From: a virus
Length of the DNA: 64,000 nucleotides
Direction: 5' to 3' (one strand)
IMG/VR virus record: IMGVR_UViG_3300020183_000015
Span: 1-64,000 of that record
Part shown: positions 57,742-64,000 of the stretch, in pieces
How the letters are laid out: the number at the start of each line of letters is the position of its first letter
Position numbering within the stretch: position 1 is the first letter of the stretch
Program-made: the position numbers and the translations under genes
The notes under the pieces: model-generated
The model's database searches: none
What the model was told of the DNA's origin: nothing
The model's input: only the letters and a program-made list of their open reading frames with translations

Positions 57742-58782
57742 ATGGCGTTACCAAATAAAAAAGTTAAACCTTATTTACCAATAAAATATCCAAAAACCCT
57801 TTTGGCGAGAAGATACCAAATGGCGGATATGATTTCTGAAGATGGTACTTATCTTCCCAAATCACTTTTACATGCCGATTTAGATAGAGGGTTTTTAGAT
57901 TTTGTCAAAGGTTCTTTGGAGACAATAGTTGAAGGACAAAAAATTCCTGTGGTTGATATATTGATAACTTCACAAAATTGGTCTCAGTTTGTTGAAACTT
58001 GGGATTTTCAAAATATTGATAAAAACGTTGAGCCCCCATTTATTACAACCATAAGAATTCCTGAAGTGAAATATGGTAATAATCCATCTGTGACTTATAA
58101 TATCCCAAACAGAAGAACTTATTATTATATGCAAGTTCCTACTTGGGATGGTCAGAGAAACGGGATGAACATTTATAAAATTCCACAACCAGTCCCAATT
58201 GACATCAAGTTCCAAGTGGCTATTGTTTGTAATCGAATGAGAGAAATAAATAAATTTAATCAAATTGTTAATCAAACTTTTGCATCTCGTCAGGCTTATC
58301 AAGTAATTAAGGGTCATTATATTCCAATTATTAATGATGGTATTACTGACGAATCAGTTATGGATGTTGACAAAAGAAAGTATTACATACAAAAATATGA
58401 TTTTACTATGATGGGATTTTTGATGGACGAAGATGACTTTGAAGTATCTCCCGCAATATCAAGAACATTTACAATGATTGAAACAGACCTTAGAAACCAA
58501 GTGAAAAACAAAAGAAGACCTGTATCAAACACACCAAAAGAAACAATATTCAATTACCAAGTTTCTGCAGTCACCGCATCTACAATATTTGAATATACTT
58601 GTGATTTGAACTTGATTGAGTCGACTAACGTATCTTCCTTTGATGTTTACATTAATAACCTGTATTATGGGTTAGACCAAGAATACATTCAAATCAATAC
58701 TAAAGACGAGTTAAAAATTGAAATCGTTCCTTCGGTTATATCCTCAGAATCAAAGTTAATCTTTAATGAAAATTTGCTTTAA
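57742..58782 (+). CDS. Tail terminator/sheath stabiliser (gp15-like)
   Basis: PQPVPIDIKFQV motif; lies between the neck and sheath genes. Confidence 0.55.
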   Translation: MALPNKKVKPYLPIKYPKTLLARRYQMADMISEDGTYLPKSLLHADLDRGFLDFVKGSLETIVEGQKIPVVDILITSQNWSQFVETWDFQNIDKNVEPPFITTIRIPEVKYGNNPSVTYNIPNRRTYYYMQVPTWDGQRNGMNIYKIPQPVPIDIKFQVAIVCNRMREINKFNQIVNQTFASRQAYQVIKGHYIPIINDGITDESVMDVDKRKYYIQKYDFTMMGFLMDEDDFEVSPAISRTFTMIETDLRNQVKNKRRPVSNTPKETIFNYQVSAVTASTIFEYTCDLNLIESTNVSSFDVYINNLYYGLDQEYIQINTKDELKIEIVPSVISSESKLIFNENLL

Positions 58783-58943
58783 TTTTCTCCGTAGATATCT
58801 TTTTTATCTTTACACTTTTCCAATATAAGAGATTCTAAAAATCTATACATTTTTATTCCTCTTTTATCACAATATTTTTTCAGGACTTCGTGAACTTCGG
58901 AGTCAATCTTAAGGTTTTTTATCTTCTTGTTATCTTTGGACAT
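58779..58943 (-). CDS. Ribbon-helix-helix DNA-binding protein (54 aa, not in the ORF track)
   Basis: Manual translation MSKDNKKIKNLKIDSEVHEVLKKYCDKRGIKMYRFLESLILEKCKDKKDIYGEN*; beta-strand KNLKI plus two helices; late motif at 58980-58987. Confidence 0.75.
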   Translation of the reverse strand: MSKDNKKIKNLKIDSEVHEVLKKYCDKRGIKMYRFLESLILEKCKDKKDIYGEN

Positions 58944-58945
58944 AG

Positions 58946-58987
58946 GGCAGAAAAAAGGCAGAATAAAATCTTACCAAAATATAAATA
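58946..58987. promoter_or_regulatory. Candidate RHH operator plus minus-strand late motif
   Basis: Direct repeats GGCAGAAAAAA / GGCAGAATAAA (11-nt period) next to the RHH start; tataaata at 58980-58987. Confidence 0.45.
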
Positions 58988-59023
58988 GTTTTTATTATGT
59001 AAAGTTTTTACAGAAACTGTGAA

Positions 59024-59031
59024 TATTTATT
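59024..59031 (+). promoter_or_regulatory. Putative late promoter TATTTATT
   Basis: Upstream of the tail sheath ATG at 59064. Confidence 0.55.
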
Positions 59032-59063
59032 AAAGAAAATAAATAAAAATTTGAATTAAAATT

Positions 59064-62000
59064 ATGGCTACTTCATCTAACAGTAAGGTTTTTGTCTCAC
59101 CAGGAGTCTATACATCAGAAGTTGATCTAAGTTTTGTTGCTCAAAGTGTTGGTGTTACCACACTTGGTGTTGTAGGGGAAACTATTATCGGACCTGCTTT
59201 CGAACCAATTTTCATAACGAACTATGATGAGTTTACAACTTATTTTGGGGGTGTATCTCCTGAAAAATTTGTTAACACACAAATACCAAAATATGAAGCT
59301 GGATACATTGCTAAAGCTTATCTACAACAATCCAATCAATTGTTCGTTACAAGAATATTAGGACTTTCTGGGTATGACGGAGGACCATCTTGGTCAATTA
59401 CCACAACGGCAAATGTTGATTGCTCAACAATCGACGTTTGGTGTTTATCAGGAGCAACAATTGATTGTGTTCCTGTTTGTCTATCCGCTAAAACTGAAAC
59501 ATTTATCATCCCTTTTACGGCATGTTCTAACTCAGTCACAACAGTTGAGTTCCAAGGAACCTTCCCTTCGGAAATCGCAAACTTATTGAATACTCCATAT
59601 ACAACTGGTGATGGAGGAACTTCAACAATTGGAACACAACTTCAAGACTTGGTTTTTGATGTGATCACCGATCCACTACCTTTTGATGCTGAAGATCATA
59701 CAATTTCTTATTTTGGTTCGATTGAAGATGGTGATTATAATACATTGGATGCTATTTTCACAGCTTCTACAAATGTTTACAATGTACCAAATATTGGTTT
59801 CTCAGCAAACACTTTGTGTTCAGGATTCAATGATCCTTGGTATTACTCACAATTCGAACACGAATTAAACGGAAATGGGTATACAGGATTCTCTTTCTTT
59901 TCAATTGTACAGAATCTTCAGTATTTGTATCCTACACCAACATCAACACCGTTGGCTTCAGTAACACCTACACCAACACCATCTCCTCAGAACCCATGTA
60001 TTACACCATCGGCTCATGTTAACCCAACACCAACACCATCTCCAGTCCCTGTAAACTGTTACTCAGGTGAGCTACACATTAAAGTGTACTATTACACAGG
60101 AACTTCATATACACAATATGATGATGTTGTAGTTGGAACTTTCAGATCGAGAGGTATTTCATACTACACAAGTTCTGAAAACCCAACTTATGAGATTACT
60201 GGTCTTACCAATGTTAACATTGATATGACAGGACAGTATGTTTCAGTATTAAAAAATCCTTATGAGAAATTTGCAATTAACTGTACTAATAGATATGGAC
60301 AACAATATACTTTTGAAACTTCATTCTCTCAAAATGACCCAAGTTATGTTACAAAAGTATTTGGAGTTACAAACTTCCAAAAACCTCGTTTAGAAGTTCC
60401 ATTATTCTGTGAAGAAAGATTCCAATCATGGTTGAACTACGGGTGGAAAAAAGGATACATCAGAGGTTTGAACCCAAGTCTTGTAAGATTAGATTCAGCA
60501 CAAAGTGGAAATGTGCACTCAATCGGATGGTACTTAGACAGATACCAAACTCCGAGTTCTCCATGGGTTGTGTCCGAACTTAGAGGTAATAAAGTATTCG
60601 ACTTATTTAAAGTTTATACTATCTCTGATGGTGATGGAGCAAATACTCTACTTAAAGTGTCGATCGCAGACGTATCTTTCTCTAATAACAACTTTACACT
60701 ATTAGTAAGAGATTATTTCGATACAGATTCTAACCCTGTTGTGTTAGAAAAATTTACAAATTGTTCTATGGATCCAAATCAAAACAACTTTATTGGTGTT
60801 AAAATTGGTACGGTAGATGGTGAGTATAATTTAAACTCTAAATACATTATGATTGAGATTCATGAGGACGCTCCTATTGATGCTCTTCCATGTGGATTTA
60901 ACGGTTACAATTTCAAATTGTATCAAGGAGGAAAACCACCGTTCCCAATTATCAAAGCAAAATATGACTTTCCTGGTGAAGTTATTTGGAATCCGCCCTT
61001 TGGTTTGAGTACTGGAGTTGACGATGTTATCGTTAGTTCCGGTGACAACATCAGAAGGACTTACTTAGGTATTGGAAACTTCTATGGTTGGGATCCAAGT
61101 TATTATGAGTATATTGGAAAGAGAAATCCGAACAATACTTGTGATATTGACGGAATTGATTGGAACTACAGATCATCAGGTTTCCACATGGACAAAAACG
61201 CTTCTGGTATTACATTAGGTGCAGCATTCAGTACAAGTGGTGACCCAAGATTTATCTGTGGTAGTTCAACTTTCGATCAAGAACCTCAATTACCAACAAA
61301 TGATTATTACAGATTGTTCTCAAGAAAATTCACATTCTTGGTTCAAGGAGGGTTCGATGGATGGGATATTTATAGAGAATATAGAACTAACTCAGACCGA
61401 TTCGAATTGGGAAGAACAGGATACCTTTACGGAGCATGTCCTGACAACAGATATCCGAATGCAACTGGTTGGGGAGCATTCAAACAAATCGCAATTGGTG
61501 ATGGTACACAAGACTATGCAAACACTGACTTCTACGCATATCTTTTAGGTCAACAAACATTTGCAAACCCTGAATCAGTTAATATAAATGTTTTCACAAC
61601 TCCAGGTATTGATTTCTCAAACAATAGTAACTTGATAGAAAGAGCAATTAATATGATTGAGTTTAACAGAGCGGATTCACTTTATGTAACTACATGTCCT
61701 GATTACAACTTGTTCTTACCAACTACAACTGGTGTTGATGGATTAATTTACCCTCAAGAAGCGGTTAACTTGTTAGAAGATACAGGTATCGACTCTAACT
61801 ATACCGCAACTTATTACCCCTGGGTATTAACAAGAGACAGTGTTAACAACACTCAAATCTACATCCCACCAACTGCTGAGGTAACAAGAAACTTGGCATT
61901 GACAGACAACATTGCGTTCCCATGGTTCGCTGCGGCGGGTTACACTCGTGGTATTGTTAATTGTATCAAGGCTCGTAAGAAGTTGACACAAGAAGATAGA

Positions 62001-62414
62001 GATGTTCTTTATACAGGTAGAATAAACCCAATCGCAACTTTCTCTGATGTTGGTTGTGTAATTTGGGGTAACAAAACTCTACAAATTAGAGAATCAGCTC
62101 TTGATAGAATCAATGTTAGAAGATTATTGTTACAAGCACGTAAGTTGATTTCAGCAGTATCTGTAAGATTATTGTTTGAACAAAACGACGCACAAGTAAG
62201 ACAAGACTTCTTAAACGCTGTAAACCCAATCTTAGATTCGATTAGAAGAGACCGAGGTCTATATGACTTTAGAGTTACACTTTCTAGTGATCCACAAGAT
62301 ATCGACAGAAACCAAATGACAGGTAAAATTTATATTAAACCTACACGTTCACTTGAGTTTATCGATATTACGTTCTTTATTACACCGACTGGAGCTTCTT
62401 TCGAGAACATCTAA
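59064..62414 (+). CDS. Contractile tail sheath protein (T4 gp18-like)
   Basis: FVSPGVYTSEVD, GPAFEP, YYPW, PWFAAAGYTRG, INPI, WGNKTL, RINVRRLL, IYIKPTRSLEFI. Confidence 0.95.
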   Translation: MATSSNSKVFVSPGVYTSEVDLSFVAQSVGVTTLGVVGETIIGPAFEPIFITNYDEFTTYFGGVSPEKFVNTQIPKYEAGYIAKAYLQQSNQLFVTRILGLSGYDGGPSWSITTTANVDCSTIDVWCLSGATIDCVPVCLSAKTETFIIPFTACSNSVTTVEFQGTFPSEIANLLNTPYTTGDGGTSTIGTQLQDLVFDVITDPLPFDAEDHTISYFGSIEDGDYNTLDAIFTASTNVYNVPNIGFSANTLCSGFNDPWYYSQFEHELNGNGYTGFSFFSIVQNLQYLYPTPTSTPLASVTPTPTPSPQNPCITPSAHVNPTPTPSPVPVNCYSGELHIKVYYYTGTSYTQYDDVVVGTFRSRGISYYTSSENPTYEITGLTNVNIDMTGQYVSVLKNPYEKFAINCTNRYGQQYTFETSFSQNDPSYVTKVFGVTNFQKPRLEVPLFCEERFQSWLNYGWKKGYIRGLNPSLVRLDSAQSGNVHSIGWYLDRYQTPSSPWVVSELRGNKVFDLFKVYTISDGDGANTLLKVSIADVSFSNNNFTLLVRDYFDTDSNPVVLEKFTNCSMDPNQNNFIGVKIGTVDGEYNLNSKYIMIEIHEDAPIDALPCGFNGYNFKLYQGGKPPFPIIKAKYDFPGEVIWNPPFGLSTGVDDVIVSSGDNIRRTYLGIGNFYGWDPSYYEYIGKRNPNNTCDIDGIDWNYRSSGFHMDKNASGITLGAAFSTSGDPRFICGSSTFDQEPQLPTNDYYRLFSRKFTFLVQGGFDGWDIYREYRTNSDRFELGRTGYLYGACPDNRYPNATGWGAFKQIAIGDGTQDYANTDFYAYLLGQQTFANPESVNINVFTTPGIDFSNNSNLIERAINMIEFNRADSLYVTTCPDYNLFLPTTTGVDGLIYPQEAVNLLEDTGIDSNYTATYYPWVLTRDSVNNTQIYIPPTAEVTRNLALTDNIAFPWFAAAGYTRGIVNCIKARKKLTQEDRDVLYTGRINPIATFSDVGCVIWGNKTLQIRESALDRINVRRLLLQARKLISAVSVRLLFEQNDAQVRQDFLNAVNPILDSIRRDRGLYDFRVTLSSDPQDIDRNQMTGKIYIKPTRSLEFIDITFFITPTGASFENI

Positions 62415-62430
62415 AAAACAATGAAAAAGG

Positions 62431-62457
62431 AAAAAGGGGGGTCTTCCCCCTTTTTTT
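62431..62457 (+). terminator. Intrinsic terminator
   Basis: aaaaaggggg-gtctt-ccccc-ttttttt after the sheath stop. Confidence 0.85.
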
Positions 62458-62478
62458 ATTTATAGGATATTTATTATT

Positions 62479-63306
62479 ATGGATTATAAAAAATTAGTAA
62501 GAGGTATTATATCAGAAATAATACAAGACCAACTGACACCAACAATGAAGTATTATGCATTTGATTGGGATGATAATCTTATGTATATGCCAACAAAGAT
62601 TTACTTAAAAGATGACAATGGTCAAAGTGTTGGTATGTCCACGGATGATTTTGCGGAGTATAGAACTGAAATTGGAAAAGAACCTTTTGATTACGATGGA
62701 CATACCATTGTTGGTTTCGATAACGACGCATTTCGTGACTTTACGGTAACGGGTGATAAAAAATTTTTAGTGGATTCTATGAAAGCCCCAACGGGTCCAG
62801 CATGGAGTGATTTTGTGGAGGCAGTAAATGATGGATCAATTTTTGCAATAATTACCGCAAGAGGACATACACCAAGTATATTAAAAACTGCAATATATCA
62901 ACTTATTAAAAAAAATATGCACGGATTAAATAAAGATGAGTTAGTAAAAAACCTTCGAAAGTATCGTGAAATGAATGACGAGGAAGATTTGTCTGATGAA
63001 GAATTAATCCAATCTTATTTAGAAATGTGTAAGTATCATCCTGTTAGTTTCGGTGAGGGTTCGGCCGCCAATCCCGAAGAACTTAAAGTAAGTGCGATGA
63101 AACAGTTCATGGAATATGTTAGAACACTATCTCAAAGACTACAAGAAAAGGCTTACCTTAAGAACAAAATAAGTAATTACTTTGTACCTTATGTTGGTTT
63201 TTCAGATGACGACTTAAAGAATGTACAAGCAATGAAGAAACATTTTGATGACGAATCTGGTTTAGATATCTATCATACAGGAGGAGGTAAAAAAACTAAA
63301 TTTTAA
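62479..63306 (+). CDS. HAD-superfamily hydrolase-like protein
   Basis: YAFDWDDNL (DxD motif I), ITARGH (motif II), K, GFSDDD (motif IV); tatttatt at 62468. Confidence 0.7.
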   Translation: MDYKKLVRGIISEIIQDQLTPTMKYYAFDWDDNLMYMPTKIYLKDDNGQSVGMSTDDFAEYRTEIGKEPFDYDGHTIVGFDNDAFRDFTVTGDKKFLVDSMKAPTGPAWSDFVEAVNDGSIFAIITARGHTPSILKTAIYQLIKKNMHGLNKDELVKNLRKYREMNDEEDLSDEELIQSYLEMCKYHPVSFGEGSAANPEELKVSAMKQFMEYVRTLSQRLQEKAYLKNKISNYFVPYVGFSDDDLKNVQAMKKHFDDESGLDIYHTGGGKKTKF

Positions 63307-63377
63307 TTAAAACTAGGCTTATAAAAGTTATAACTTTAAAAATTATTGAAGTAAATAGAAAAAATTTAAAATGAATA

Positions 63378-63385
63378 TATTTATA
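63378..63385 (+). promoter_or_regulatory. Putative late promoter TATTTATA
   Basis: Upstream of the tail tube ATG at 63419, followed by an A-rich leader. Confidence 0.6.
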
Positions 63386-63418
63386 ATAAAAATAAAAAGA
63401 AAAATTAAAAAATAAGAC

Positions 63419-63907
63419 ATGGCTGATTTACTAATGAAAATGCCGATTCCCTACGAACCGAAAAGGGAGAACCGTTGGATTCTAAGATTCCCTTCATCAC
63501 TTGGTATTAATGAGTGGTACGTTGAAACAACATCAAGACCGAAACTTACAATCGGTTCGACAGAGATACAGTTTTTAAATACTTCAACATATGTTGCTGG
63601 TAGATTTAATTGGCAAGAGTTAGGGGTGACATTTAGGGATCCAATTGGACCTTCAGCTTCACAAGCGGTTATGGAATGGATCCGTTTATGTGCTGAATCA
63701 GTTACAGGTCGTATGGGTTATGCAGCAGGTTACAAAAAAAATGTTGACCTTGAAATGTTGGACCCAACAGGAGTTGTTGTTGAAAAATGGATTTTAGAAG
63801 GATGTTTTCTTCTTGGTTACGATGGGGGTTCATTGTCTTATGCAACAGATGGTATTGCAAAAATTACTTGTAATATGAGAATGGACCGTTGTATTTTAGT
63901 TTATTAA
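63419..63907 (+). CDS. Tail tube protein (T4 gp19-like)
   Basis: EPKRENRW, YVAGRFNW, VMEW, YKKN...LDPTG..VEKW.L.GCF; follows the sheath gene. Confidence 0.9.
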   Translation: MADLLMKMPIPYEPKRENRWILRFPSSLGINEWYVETTSRPKLTIGSTEIQFLNTSTYVAGRFNWQELGVTFRDPIGPSASQAVMEWIRLCAESVTGRMGYAAGYKKNVDLEMLDPTGVVVEKWILEGCFLLGYDGGSLSYATDGIAKITCNMRMDRCILVY

Positions 63908-63926
63908 TAAATTAATATAATAATAT

Positions 63927-63960
63927 AAACCGTATACTTTACAGTGTACGGTTTTTTTTT
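63927..63960 (+). terminator. Intrinsic terminator
   Basis: Stem aaaccgtatact/agtgtacggttt followed by a T-run. Confidence 0.85.
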
Positions 63961-63979
63961 ACCTTTTAAAAAAAAAACT

Positions 63980-64000
63980 ATGGAAACATCAGACGAATAC
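63980..64000 (+). CDS. Start of the next gene (truncated by the window edge)
   Basis: ATG after an A-rich leader, METSDEY... Confidence 0.4.

Noticed and set aside
1-64000. Genome-wide stop-codon reassignment (TAG or TGA)
   Set aside because: Coding density is high in the standard code, and complete genes end in TGA (dUTPase, polymerase, neck) and TAG (23617, 39283, 44921). Only the LamG gene is interrupted.
1-64000. Eukaryotic giant virus or cellular origin, suggested by the collagen, mucin and GT content
   Set aside because: Tail sheath, tail tube, neck, spike, gp55-like sigma, coupled operons and intrinsic terminators indicate a tailed bacteriophage.

Overview
A 64 kb segment of an AT-rich, gene-dense jumbo myophage genome with T4-like architecture. 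It is read with the standard genetic code, and I saw no tRNA, rRNA, CRISPR or IS elements by eye. Core genes include a tail sheath, a tail tube, gp13/gp14/gp15-like neck proteins, a gp5-like spike, a gp55-like late sigma factor, a family B DNA polymerase, an SNF2 helicase, dUTPase, PhoH and a superoxide dismutase fusion. The main signal is a candidate phage-encoded virion glycosylation system. About 13 glycosyltransferase-like genes and 4 O-methyltransferase domains are present, including an AAH/TibC-type protein O-heptosyltransferase and a GT60/Gnt1-type polypeptide GlcNAc-transferase. About half of them are interleaved with plausible substrates: a 2723-aa protein with about 642 Pro-free Gly-Thr-Asn/Ser triplets, a second Gly-X-Y fibre, and five late proteins with mucin-like Pro-Thr tracts, one being the tail sheath. 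Other observations: a LamG gene broken by three in-frame stops; a late-promoter motif TATTTAT (the reverse complement of the T4 late box); separate sigma70-like promoters; an uncalled RHH regulator with a likely operator; a shared Cys module; and a possible pseudoknot upstream of the polymerase. All family assignments come from motif recognition, not database searches.
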